Origin: Candidatus Hydrogenedentota bacterium
Lineage (GTDB): Bacteria > Hydrogenedentota > Hydrogenedentia > Hydrogenedentales > SLHB01
DNA length: 64,000 bases
Assembly: GCA_963674865.2 (NCBI GenBank)
Contig: CAXXYE010000006.1
Span: 1 to 64,000 of the forward strand
Direction: 5' to 3'
Shown here: one piece after another, positions 20,546 through 30,900 of the stretch
How positions within the stretch are numbered: position 1 is the stretch's first letter
Layout: the number at the start of each line of letters is the position of its first letter
Notes under the pieces: model-generated
Told to the model about the DNA's origin: nothing
The model's input: the letters and a program-made list of their open reading frames with translations, nothing else
The model's database searches: none
Position numbers and translations under genes: made by a program

Positions 20546-21421
20546 TCAAGCACTGGAAGCGAGGCCGAGGGACTCGGCAAACCGCCGGAAGAATCCCGGG
20601 CCACTGCTTCGCGCAGCAGCGCGCTGCTGGATGAGCCGATCGGCAAGTTCGTCTATCTGCCTCGTCGCGGGGGCGGACGGATAACGCAATGAGAAGGGGT
20701 AGGTCTGCATGACGCCCTGGGACACGTGGGGGTCCCGCGGGATATAGCCGAGGGAACTGATGGTCCGCCCGAGGAACTGCTGCGTCACGCGGCTGAGTTT
20801 GTTCACCACCGCATCCGCCTGCTGCTTGTTCAAGACCATGTTCACAATAAGCCGGAACACCGCGTCTTCGCGCATGTTATTGATGGTCTTGATGGTAGCG
20901 TAGGCGTCGACAATGGCGGAAGGTTCGGGGGTCGTCACGAGAAGGACTTCGTCCGCGGCGGCCGCGAAGGCCACGGCGTTCTGTCCGATGCCGGCCATCG
21001 TGTCGATAATGATGAACTCGGACTGCTCTTGCAGTTCCTTCAGGCCGTTGAGCACATTCTGCCGCGCACTAGGGCCTAGGTCGGCCAGTTTGGCGATGCC
21101 GCTGCTACCGGGCACGACGCGGATGCCACCGGGCCCTTGAACGAGGATCTGCATGATCCCCTTCTCCCCATCAATGACGTGCTGGAGGTTGTAGAGGGAG
21201 TTCAATCCCAGCAGCACCTCGACATTCGCCAGCCCAAGGTCGGCATCGAGGAGGATCACTCTCTTGCCCTGGCCCGCAAGGGCGATGGCGAGGTTGACGC
21301 TCGTGCTGGTCTTGCCGACGCCGCCCTTGCCGCTCACAACGGCGAGCACGCGCGCGCGCTCTTGGCTCTTTCGGACGAATTCACGCAAGTTTTCTGCTTG
21401 ATCTGCCACGTCTGTCCCCAC
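20546..21421 (-). CDS. flhG: Flagellar number regulator, MinD-like ATPase
   Basis: SGKGGVGKT, DADLGLAN, VTTPEPSAIVDAYATIK; follows flhF. Confidence 0.92.
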   Translation of the reverse strand: MGTDVADQAENLREFVRKSQERARVLAVVSGKGGVGKTSTSVNLAIALAGQGKRVILLDADLGLANVEVLLGLNSLYNLQHVIDGEKGIMQILVQGPGGIRVVPGSSGIAKLADLGPSARQNVLNGLKELQEQSEFIIIDTMAGIGQNAVAFAAAADEVLLVTTPEPSAIVDAYATIKTINNMREDAVFRLIVNMVLNKQQADAVVNKLSRVTQQFLGRTISSLGYIPRDPHVSQGVMQTYPFSLRYPSAPATRQIDELADRLIQQRAAARSSGPGFFRRFAESLGLASSA

Positions 21422-22706
21422 CTTTCAACACTAGATCCGCTACCATACCCGGATGCGCCAATGATATATCATCGGGCACGTTCTGCCCGGTGCTCAAGTA
21501 ACTGAGAGGGAGCCCGGCTTCCGTGGCCAGGCTGAATAGGATGCCGTAGCGCCGCGTCTCGTCCAGCTTTGAGAGAAAGAGCGAAGTCGGATTGAGCATC
21601 TTAAAGTTTTTCACCGTACTCCGCATTTCCTCGAGCTGGGTGTTGGCGCTGAGCATCAACATGACTTCCTGCGGCTGCGCCACCTGAAGGAGGCTACGGA
21701 GTTCCTCCAGCTGCTTCAGATTGAACTGGCTGCCACCCGCCGTATCCATCAGGATAAGGTCGTAGTCGCTGAACTCCCGCAATGCAGCGGCCATCTGCTT
21801 GGTGTCCTCGACCACACGCGTGGGCACGCCGATGATCTTGGCATAGACCCGCAGCTGTTCGGGGGCTGCGATCCGATAGGTGTCGCTCGTAACGAGGGCG
21901 ACGCGGGCGCGTTCGCGCACAGCGAACATAGCGGCCAGTTTCGCCAGGTTTGTGGTCTTTCCAACACCGGTGGGGCCGACAAGGGCCACCACGCGACACA
22001 TACCGTTGTTCAAGCCAATGCCGCCCGTCACGGATACACGACGGCGTATTTCAAACGCAAGTCGCTCCTCAAACACCCGGGAATCGCGGATCACGCCTGG
22101 ATCAGCGCCTTTGACAACGGAAGTGACTAAGGCCGCCGCGGCCTTGCGGGAGACGCCCCGCGTAACAAGGGTGCGGTAATACGGAGCCAGTTCCGCAGGT
22201 AAAGCAGCCCCCGGCGTCTCGGCGACGAGCACGCGCAGCATGTCCCGCACCTCGCCTATCTCATTGCGCAGTTGATCATCCGCCTGAGGCCTCTGTTGGG
22301 GTTTGCGGAAGGGGACAATCGTTGGCCGGGCTTCCCGATCTGGCGGCGGCGCAGAACGGTACGGCGTCGGCCCGGCGTTCGCGGCCATTCGCTCCTGCGC
22401 CTCGCTCACAAGCTGCCTGAAGTAAGCAACCGTCTCCGAAACGCGTTCATCGGAGCCGACCTCGGGCTGGGCGTTGGTCAGGTACTTTCGCTCGACGGCG
22501 CTACGCGGCCGCGCGGCCGGCGCGTCGCTTCGCTCGGGCACCGACGCAGTGATCTCGACCATGGGATTCCCGAACAGGCCGAGGACACCACCTTCTGTCA
22601 CCTGAGCCGTCCGGACGACGACAGCTTCCTCGCCAAGGGACTGCCGCATGTCGCGATAGGCCTCGTCGAGGGTCGCCGCTTTGAACTTGTGAAACTTTTG
22701 GGCCAT
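21381..22706 (-). CDS. flhF: Flagellar biosynthesis SRP-type GTPase
   Basis: GPTGVGKTTNLAKLAA, DTYRIAA, DTAG, SKLDET, GQNVPDD. Confidence 0.95.
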   Translation of the reverse strand: MAQKFHKFKAATLDEAYRDMRQSLGEEAVVVRTAQVTEGGVLGLFGNPMVEITASVPERSDAPAARPRSAVERKYLTNAQPEVGSDERVSETVAYFRQLVSEAQERMAANAGPTPYRSAPPPDREARPTIVPFRKPQQRPQADDQLRNEIGEVRDMLRVLVAETPGAALPAELAPYYRTLVTRGVSRKAAAALVTSVVKGADPGVIRDSRVFEERLAFEIRRRVSVTGGIGLNNGMCRVVALVGPTGVGKTTNLAKLAAMFAVRERARVALVTSDTYRIAAPEQLRVYAKIIGVPTRVVEDTKQMAAALREFSDYDLILMDTAGGSQFNLKQLEELRSLLQVAQPQEVMLMLSANTQLEEMRSTVKNFKMLNPTSLFLSKLDETRRYGILFSLATEAGLPLSYLSTGQNVPDDISLAHPGMVADLVLKGGDRRGRSSRKLA

Positions 22707-22707
22707 G

Positions 22708-24789
22708 TTACACGCTCACTTGTCCTTGGCTCTCTAACTTCACCGCGGGGTCAATCTCGTTGAACGAGAGTACGACGATTTTGGGCATCAACCGCTCGAC
22801 GATCCGTTTGAAAAACCGCCGTATCTGGGCCGACGTCAAGACGAGAGGTTCCTGTCCTTCCAGCACGAGCGGCTGCACGGCCGATACCGCATTTTGGGCA
22901 ATGGCGTCGGCGCGGGCCGGTTCAATCGGCACGTACTCACCGGTACCGGCTTGGCGAATGGCGTCGAGGATCTCGCGTTCGAGTTCAGGGGACAACACTG
23001 CGACATGGAGACGCCCCTCCTCGTCCGTGTAGTCGGCGCAGATCTGGCGCGCTAATGCCTGGCGGACATACTCGGTCAGTACCTCGGTGTCCTTGGTGCG
23101 GGGTCCGAAATCGGCGAGCACTTCGAGGATAGTCTCGAGATTTCGGATGGACACGCGTTCCCGCAGGAGGTTCTGAAGCACCTTCTGCACTTCACCCAAG
23201 GTCAATACATTGGGCAGCAGTTCCTCAACCACACTCGGGGCGGATTCCTTGATGTGGTCCACGAGGTTACGCACATCTTGCCGGGTAAGAAGATCGGAGG
23301 CGTAGTTCATCACAAGCTCGGTAAGGTGAGTTGCCACAACCGCCGAAGGTTCGACAATGGTGTATCCGAGGCGCTCGGCCCGTTCGCGATGCTCCCTCGT
23401 CACCCAGACGGCATCCAGCCCAAACGCCGGCTCCCTCGTAGGAATACCCTCGACCTCCTCCTCGACGAGGCCGGGATTCATGGCCAGGAATTGATCCGGC
23501 AGCAGTTCGTAGCGGCCGATCTCGGCTTCGCGCAGTTTGACGCGGTATTCATTCGGACGCAGGCGCATATTGTCCACGATGCGGATGATTGGGACAATGA
23601 AGCCCATTCGCGTAGCCATTTGTTGCCGGATGACCTGGATCCGCGTCAACAGGTCGCCTCCCTGCTTCGGGTCGGCCAGCGTGATAAGGCCATAGCCAAG
23701 CTCTATCTTGATTGGGTCGATCGTCAGCAGGTCTTCCGTGCGTTCTTGCGGGGCCTCCAATTCGGCCTCCCGGGCTGCCTCCTCCCGGGCACGGTCGAGA
23801 TCCTTGCGGCGCTCGAGGGCTTGCGTGGCAAGGTAGGCAAGCAGGCCGCACAGCGCACCCGTCGCTAGAAATGGTAGGGCCGGCATGCCCGGGACTAGTC
23901 CAAACACCGCCAGCAGGACGGCGCCGACGCCAAGTGCGCGCGGATACCGCGTGAGTTGCGCCGTCAGGTCTGCGCCGAGGTTTTCTTCGGAAACCGTGCG
24001 CGTAACGATGAGGCCGGCGCCGGTGGAAATAACAAGGGCGGGAACCTGGGACACGAGGCCGTCGCCGATGGTGAGTTGCGTGTAGACACGCAGCGCGTCC
24101 AACAGCGAGAGGTCGCGCATGAGAACGCCGATGATCAGGCCGCCGATGATGTTGACAAGGGTGATGATGATCCCGGCAATGGCGTCGCCTCGAACGAACT
24201 TGGTGGCGCCGTCCATCGCCCCGTAGAAGTCCGCCTCGCGCTCGATTTGCGAGCGGCGCGCTCGGGCCTGTTCCTCCGTGATGAGTCCGGCGTTCAGGTC
24301 GGCATCCACACCCATCTGTTTGCCGGGCATGGCATCCAAGGTGAACCGGGCCGCCACCTCGGAGATGCGTGTCGCGCCGCGCGTGATAACCACGAACTGA
24401 ATAACCACGAGAATGGCGAAGATGACAAAGCCAACGACATAGCTGCCTCGGGTGACGAACGTGCCGAACGCCGCAATCACTTGGCCCGCGTCGGCTTGAC
24501 TCAGAATAAGCCTCGTCGAGGCCACGTTGAGGCTCAGCCGGAAGAGGGTGAGCATAAGCAGTAGGGATGGGAAAACGGCGAACTCCGCGGGGCGCTGCAG
24601 ATAGATCGTTGCCAACAGCACCACGACCGATATCGAGATATTCAGCGTTAGGAGCAGGTCGAGCACAGCCGTAGGAACGGGGATGATCAGGACGACCAGA
24701 ATGGCCATGACGCAGACGCCCAGGATTATGTCCTGGTTCTGCGCCAGCGACCAGCGCTGGTCTTCCATCCGCTCTGCAGGTATAGCCAC
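22708..24789 (-). CDS. flhA: Flagellar export apparatus protein FlhA
   Basis: EVAARFTLDAMPGKQM, ADFYGAMDGATKFVRGDAIAG, TIGDGLVSQ. Confidence 0.97.
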   Translation of the reverse strand: MAIPAERMEDQRWSLAQNQDIILGVCVMAILVVLIIPVPTAVLDLLLTLNISISVVVLLATIYLQRPAEFAVFPSLLLMLTLFRLSLNVASTRLILSQADAGQVIAAFGTFVTRGSYVVGFVIFAILVVIQFVVITRGATRISEVAARFTLDAMPGKQMGVDADLNAGLITEEQARARRSQIEREADFYGAMDGATKFVRGDAIAGIIITLVNIIGGLIIGVLMRDLSLLDALRVYTQLTIGDGLVSQVPALVISTGAGLIVTRTVSEENLGADLTAQLTRYPRALGVGAVLLAVFGLVPGMPALPFLATGALCGLLAYLATQALERRKDLDRAREEAAREAELEAPQERTEDLLTIDPIKIELGYGLITLADPKQGGDLLTRIQVIRQQMATRMGFIVPIIRIVDNMRLRPNEYRVKLREAEIGRYELLPDQFLAMNPGLVEEEVEGIPTREPAFGLDAVWVTREHRERAERLGYTIVEPSAVVATHLTELVMNYASDLLTRQDVRNLVDHIKESAPSVVEELLPNVLTLGEVQKVLQNLLRERVSIRNLETILEVLADFGPRTKDTEVLTEYVRQALARQICADYTDEEGRLHVAVLSPELEREILDAIRQAGTGEYVPIEPARADAIAQNAVSAVQPLVLEGQEPLVLTSAQIRRFFKRIVERLMPKIVVLSFNEIDPAVKLESQGQVSV

Positions 24790-24814
24790 GAATCCTGCGC
24801 TCCCGACTCAGTCC

Positions 24815-25930
24815 TTAGGTTGCCTGCGGCACGGCGTTTGTCATGCCGCCCCGCTCTCGGATCTTCTCTTCCCGACGATCAATGCGATATACGAAGGCCA
24901 GCACTTCCGCGACCGCCCGGAAAAGGTCTTCCGGCACAGACTGGCCCACTTCAACGGTTCGGAAAAGCATGCGCGCCAACTCCGGTTTCTCAACGATGGG
25001 GACACTGTGCTCAACGGCCATCTCTCGAATGCGCTTGGCCACGAGCCTGGCGCCCTTTGCCACCACCACGGGGGCGGCCATCTCCGCCGCGTCATAGCGC
25101 AACGCCACGGCATAGGTCACGGGGTTGGTAATGATAACGTCGGCGGTAGGCACGTCCGCCATCATCCGCTGCATGGCCATTTGGCGCTGGATCTGTCGGA
25201 TGCGGCGCTTGATCCGCGGATCGCCCTCAAACTCCTTGGCCTCTTCCTTAGCCTCCTGAACCGTCATCATGAGTTCGCGGGTGTGCTGCCAACGCTGGAA
25301 GGCGTAGTCCAGGATCCCAAGAATGATGATCGCCAGTATGATGCGCCACCATACTGACACCAGCAGCGCTCCGACGGCGGCGGTTAGGTCGACGGGACTC
25401 AGGAACATAAATTGGAGCAGGGTCTTCCACCGATAGCGGAACACCGCCCAAACAAGGTAGCCCACAATGGCGAGTTTCAGCACGGATTTCGTCAACTCGA
25501 CCAGGGAGCGAACGGACGTAAATTTCTTGAAGCCGGTGATGGGGTTCAGCTTCCCGAACCTAGGGCGCACTGCCTGTACGGAGAACAGGATCCCGACCTG
25601 GGCCACATTGACGACCAGTCCCGCGCAGAGCATCACTAGCATAAACGGTATCGCCGCCCGGCCCGCGTAGGTCAGGGCTTCAACCGCAAGGGACTGCGCC
25701 GTGTGCGGTTCGACGAGGAGTGCTTCCATATCGCCGAAGAACCGCTGCATACCCTCAGTGAGCACGCGCATGGTGCTCGGGCCGGCAACGTGAATCGCCA
25801 GGAGCCCGACCAAGAGCATCCAGGCTGCGTTCAGGTCCTGGCTCTTGGCGACATTTCCCTCATCGCGCGCCTTCTGGCGCTTCCTGGGGGACGGCGGTAG
25901 GGTTTTCTCTCCGCCCGGATCTTCAGGCAT
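24815..25930 (-). CDS. flhB: Flagellar export apparatus protein FlhB
   Basis: EKTLPPSPRKRQKAR, EGDPRIK, ITNPVTYAVAL (variant of NPTH), VVAKG. Confidence 0.95.
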   Translation of the reverse strand: MPEDPGGEKTLPPSPRKRQKARDEGNVAKSQDLNAAWMLLVGLLAIHVAGPSTMRVLTEGMQRFFGDMEALLVEPHTAQSLAVEALTYAGRAAIPFMLVMLCAGLVVNVAQVGILFSVQAVRPRFGKLNPITGFKKFTSVRSLVELTKSVLKLAIVGYLVWAVFRYRWKTLLQFMFLSPVDLTAAVGALLVSVWWRIILAIIILGILDYAFQRWQHTRELMMTVQEAKEEAKEFEGDPRIKRRIRQIQRQMAMQRMMADVPTADVIITNPVTYAVALRYDAAEMAAPVVVAKGARLVAKRIREMAVEHSVPIVEKPELARMLFRTVEVGQSVPEDLFRAVAEVLAFVYRIDRREEKIRERGGMTNAVPQAT

Positions 25931-25938
25931 GGCTCTCC

Positions 25939-26709
25939 CTAACTCATCCCATTGACCAACGTCGCGACATTGCGAAACATCCTGCCAAACATCCCATCAA
26001 GAATGCTCAGGTAGACACCCGTCACGAGGGCTACTACGAAAAGTCCCACGGCAATGGTGACCGGGAATCCGACAACAAAGAGGTGGATTTGGGGCACAAG
26101 GCGGCCGAGTATTCCCATGGTCGCATAAGCGAGGAACATGGCACCTACCACGGGGGCGGCAATCATGAGGCCGTCTATGAACATGGCCCGGCCCCAGGTC
26201 GCCACTTCCCAGAGCATGGCGGGCCGGGCGACAAATCCACCGAGGGGGATGCGCCTAAACGTAGCGACAAGCGCACGGATCATCTGGTGGTGCCCGTTCA
26301 GAACGAGAAGGTATAGGACTGCCACAATGAAGAAGTAGAAGCCGAAGATGGGGAATTGCGTTTCAAGAGCCGGATTGAAGACGTTCATCATGCCAAAGCC
26401 GGTTTGCATGTCCATGATCTGCCCGGCAACCTGGATTGCCGCGAACACGAGTGTCATGACGAAGCCGATCATCAGGCCTATTAAGATTTCTCCCGCAGCC
26501 AATGGGAAAAACGCCATCGGGGCATCGGGCAGTCCAGACGTGGTGGCCACGCTTGGAGTCACCAGCACGGCCAACAGGGCGGCAAGGGTTATCTTGGCAC
26601 GGGAAGGGAAGTTGCGTGAGCCTAAAACGGGCGCGGCGACAACGAGGCCACTGCACCGGAGGAGCACCAGCACGAAGACTTTGAAGACCTCTATCTCAAA
26701 CAACACCAT
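25939..26709 (-). CDS. fliR: Flagellar export protein FliR
   Basis: AGQIMDMQTGFG, LNGHH, RLVPQIHLF; hydrophobic throughout. Confidence 0.93.
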   Translation of the reverse strand: MVLFEIEVFKVFVLVLLRCSGLVVAAPVLGSRNFPSRAKITLAALLAVLVTPSVATTSGLPDAPMAFFPLAAGEILIGLMIGFVMTLVFAAIQVAGQIMDMQTGFGMMNVFNPALETQFPIFGFYFFIVAVLYLLVLNGHHQMIRALVATFRRIPLGGFVARPAMLWEVATWGRAMFIDGLMIAAPVVGAMFLAYATMGILGRLVPQIHLFVVGFPVTIAVGLFVVALVTGVYLSILDGMFGRMFRNVATLVNGMS

Positions 26710-26712
26710 GGG

Positions 26713-26982
26713 CTATTTCACAATCGCATCCAAGCCGCCGAGTAGGGGCTGAACGAAGCCCAGTACAACGGAAAGCATCCACGGGAGAAATAGAACAAAG
26801 GCGATCATGACCGTGATGATCTTGGGCACAAAAGTCAGGGTAATCTCCTGAATCTGCGTCACGCTCTGAAACACGCTGATCGTGAGCCCAATAACCATGC
26901 CGGCAATGAGCATCGGTGACGCTGCGAGAAGCGTCACCAGCATGGCATTCTTGCCAAGGAAGACGACATCGTCCGGTGTCAA
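26713..26982 (-). CDS. fliQ: Flagellar export protein FliQ
   Basis: ISVFQSVTQIQEITLTFVPKI, PWML. Confidence 0.95.
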   Translation of the reverse strand: MTPDDVVFLGKNAMLVTLLAASPMLIAGMVIGLTISVFQSVTQIQEITLTFVPKIITVMIAFVLFLPWMLSVVLGFVQPLLGGLDAIVK

Positions 26983-27034
26983 CTAAATACCCCTTTCTTG
27001 ACGGCCACAGAGGCACTCCTTGCCAGCAAAACCC

Positions 27035-27063
27035 ACGATACCACAATATATTGCGGTTGTCAA
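27035..27063 (-). promoter_or_regulatory. Sigma70-like promoter of the fliQ operon with a palindrome in the spacer
   Basis: Minus strand TTGACA-17 nt-TATCGT; the spacer contains CCACAATATATTGCGG. Confidence 0.6.
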
Positions 27064-27091
27064 CGGGAGGGAATCCCTACACATTGCGCCT

Positions 27092-27649
27092 TTAAGGGCG
27101 CGGCGCAGTTTGCGTAGGTGGGTAAATAGATATCGGCGGGCGAGGTTTCAGCAGGGGAACTGACCGTTCAGGGGATGCAGCGTCTTCCATCGCCTCAACG
27201 GCTTCATGCAGTTCTTCGGTGGGCGCGCCAGACTCGTCAACGGGGGCGGGAGCCGCGGCGAGGAAGAAGAGATACGCCATGCCAATGGCAAGGATGCCCA
27301 AGACTCGAAACCAGATGTTCGCCCGGTCGACAAACCACTCGGCGATCATGACGCCGAGAACCGGTATGATGAGTCCAACGCCCCCCGCCACGAAGGAGGA
27401 GGCCCCCAGGGCCTTCGCAAGAAAGACCATCTTGGTGCTGCCCGCGCGCACGAACATGATGGTCCCGAATAGCATGAGCACCAGGCTGAACAGGCGCACG
27501 TTCTTGCTCTTTGTGAAGCGCCGGATGAGCCCGCGGAACCCCGCGGGGCCGAATATGCCAAGAGCGCCGAGGAAAACGTGGAGTACAACCAAGAACCACA
27601 TCGCCGGGATGAACAAGTGCGCTATCAGCGCGCCGATTCGAGCTGTCAT
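27092..27649 (-). CDS. Hypothetical 4-TM membrane protein
   Basis: Four hydrophobic segments and an acidic/Pro-rich tail. Confidence 0.65.
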   Translation of the reverse strand: MTARIGALIAHLFIPAMWFLVVLHVFLGALGIFGPAGFRGLIRRFTKSKNVRLFSLVLMLFGTIMFVRAGSTKMVFLAKALGASSFVAGGVGLIIPVLGVMIAEWFVDRANIWFRVLGILAIGMAYLFFLAAAPAPVDESGAPTEELHEAVEAMEDAASPERSVPLLKPRPPISIYPPTQTAPRP

Positions 27650-27865
27650 ATTGGCCCTTCCTCTGTTCACAAGCGAACGAATCTAAGGGTATAGCGGCGG
27701 GAGAAGTGGATAGGCCAATGCATCTAGGCGCAACAGCACCCGTAAAACGCAGGCAGCCTGTCCCGTCCACGTCGATTGTAGCGTTTGGCGCACCACGGGT
27801 CAACGCAAGGGGCCAGGCCGCTCGTGCCGTCCTTCGCGAGGACTCAATCGCAGCACGTCTGAACA

Positions 27866-27902
27866 GAAAACTCCGGCGGGAGCCTTAGGCTCCCGCCGGA
27901 GT
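27866..27902 (-). terminator. Rho-independent terminator of the surface protein gene
   Basis: Perfect stem CTCCGGCGGGAGCC-TTA-GGCTCCCGCCGGAG, followed by TTTT on the minus strand. Confidence 0.85.
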
Positions 27903-27926
27903 AACGACTAACGTAAGTCGGTCAGG

Positions 27927-30900
27927 CTATGCTTTGCGCCGCCGCCTCACCGCAACCAGCGCGCCGAAGCCGAGGACCATGGACAGCGCCAGGGTCGGCA
28001 TCGACATGGCCAGTTTCGCCGCGAGGATAACGGGCACCAGGGCAAGCCGGACAGCCGCCGCAAGAACCGGGCTCTTCGCCACGATGTCGGCGATAGCCGG
28101 GCTCAGGCGATAGTACGTATCCACGAAGGCCGTACCTAGGGCATTGTCGAGCAGGTACGTGTCACGCACGGCGCGCAGGAGGTCGATGTCGTCCGCCATG
28201 GGCGTACCATACGCCGCCGTGGCGATGAAGCAAGGGCCGCCGCCGCCGTCGCCGTCACCACCCGCGGCCAGGCCGAGACCCGCCGCCAGGAGGCCGAGCA
28301 GAAGGGCCAGGATGCCGCCAGCGCCGCCAATGGCCCTCTGGACGGTGATCGTTGCCGTATCCTGCTCGCCGCTGTTGGCGCCGGTGGCGGTAATCGTCAC
28401 CGTACCTACGGACTCACCGGTAACGAGGCCAGTCGCGCTGACGGTAGCTACCGTGGTGTCGCTGCTGGCCCAAGTGAACGCGGTGTCTAGCGCATCGTCT
28501 GAGGTGGCCGTCAACTGCACGGTCCTGTTGACCCGGACAGTCGCGGTCGAAGGCGACACGGTTACGGTAGCACGTACGACGGTGATGGTCGCATTGCCCG
28601 TCGCACCGGTGAGCGGATTGAGAGCGGTAATCTGGGCCGCACCCAAGGCTTCACCTGTCACGAGACCCGTCTGGTCTACACTCACCGTAGCGGTATCTGA
28701 AGACCACCAGACAAAGTCCGGAGCCTGCTTGTAGTAGACGGACGAAGCGGCCGCAAGCTGGAGGGTGTTGTCAAGCACCACGGACGCCGCGGACGGCGTG
28801 AGCGTCACGGTGTCGCCGCCAAGCGGTGAAGTCACCACAGTAATGGCGGAGGCGCCCTGCGCACCCGTGTCCGGATTCAGCGCCGTGATCTGGGCCGCAC
28901 CTTCGGCCACGGCAGTCACGAGGCCGTCTTGCGTGACGGTGGCAACGCCCGTGTCAGAAGAAGCCCAGACAAAGTCAGGCGTGGTCCCGTATAGGCTGGA
29001 CGTGGCTACCAGAGGCAACGTATTGCCGACAACTACCGTAGCCGAATCCGGGTCGATGGTCACAACGTCCGTCGTCGAGGTGACGACCGTCATGGCCGAG
29101 AAGCCTTGCGCGCCGGTAAGCGGGTTAAGGGCCGAAATCTGGGCGGCGCCTGCACCCGTGGCCGTTACAAGGCCGTTGCTGCTCACTGTGGCCACTCCAG
29201 TGTCCGAGGAGCGCCAGATGAAGGCCGGCGTCGTGTAGTACAAGGACGACGCAGCGGAGAGCTGCAGCGTGTTGCCAACCACAAGCGTCGCCGACGAAGG
29301 CGTCACCGTAACCTGGTCACCACCCAAGGGGTCGTTCACCACGGTTACGACGCAACGGCCGTACTGGAGACTGCCAACGCCCGTCGCCGTGACGGTTGCC
29401 TGGCCTACATTGCCGCCGGTCACATCAGCAGTGGCGGCGCCGGTCGAAGTGACGGGCGCGATCAGGGCCTCATCGGTCGCCCATGTGAAGGATGTGTCAA
29501 AGTAGGCCGCCGTGGAGGAGGCCAACAACTCCGCCGTCACACCGGTGGTCAACACCAGGACATCGGGAGTGACACTGACGGTGATATCGTCAACGCTCGA
29601 GGCAACCTGTACGAAGGCCTGGCCAACGATGCCAGTGGTATCGCCGGTTGCGGTGATGACCGCCGTGCCGTCAGCACTACCCGCCGTAACGAGGCCGGTG
29701 GCGCTTACGCTTGCCACCAACGGGGAGCCGGAGGCCCACGTGTAGGAAGCGTCAAGACCCTCGGTGGTCGTAGCGGCGAGCTGCCTGGTGCTGCCATAGG
29801 TCATGATGATGGGAGACGGGCTGACGCGGACTTGGGCAAAGGTGAACGCGTCCGCAGCAAGGTCATAGTTGCTGGCCAAGTTAAGGTCAACGACGCGAAC
29901 GTCGACTAGGCCATCCTCACCGGACGGGACCGCAGGCGTCGTCACTTGCATGGCCGTTGTGGTAACGGCATCGGCGCGGTCCTGGAATGAAGCCTGGCGC
30001 GTGCCGAAGAACACCTGGTAGGCCGCGGCAGCCTCAGCCATGTTGAGGGCTGTGCCGACGGGGAAGTTACCTTGGACCTCAACGCCGCGTTCGGTTTCGA
30101 CGGCAGCGAAGTCCGGAACGACCGCGTAGATAGCGATGGCCGACTTGATCGGCGCGAAGATAGAGAGGTCCGCGAGTTCCGCGGCAACCGTACCATCCGC
30201 CGGGTGAGTCGTGTTCTGCATCGTCCAGTCATCACCGGAGTCAACATTGACCGCCAAGCCGTCAAGGAACTCCGTCGGATAGGAGAAGACATTCGAGTTC
30301 TCGCCTTCGCCCGTGTCCAGCCCCGTGATGATGAGGTCGGTCGGGACAGGGAGCGAATGCACTTCGTCGAATTCGCTGACGGCAAGCGGGGCCTTGCTCG
30401 GCGTGGCGTAGATGATGCCGATAAGGATGTACTTGCCGTTCTGAACGATGACGCCGATGGTCTCGGAGACCTCGGCGGCCTCGGATGCGCCAAGCAACCC
30501 TTCGAGGTCATCCGCCACCTTCACGATGACGACGATATCCGAGGGCAACGTGTCGCCGAAAAGGTCCGAGCAGCTCGGCACCGTGACGGTAACAACACGG
30601 GTCGAGTCATCGGGGTCTTGAATGGTAATCGTCGTTTCTTGATCCGGATCAGTGCAATCCAGCTTGGTAGTAGCGACGACGACGCCGTCAGCCGGCGAAT
30701 CGACAAACTGCTCACCGGTTAGGAGATCATCGAATGGATTGTCCGGAATGCCGTCGCCATTGGCGTCCTCGGGGGAGAACTCCTGGAGCGTGAAGGTTAC
30801 GTCGTCGAAGGCGTCGTCGGGGTAAACCTTGCTGGCCGACGCGTAGGCATAAACGGTATGGGCCACGCCAACGGCGTCGTACCATGTCTCCGTCGGCTGA

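Noticed and set aside
28340..29840. DNA-level repeats as a non-coding array
   Set aside because: They are the coding Big_2 domain repeats
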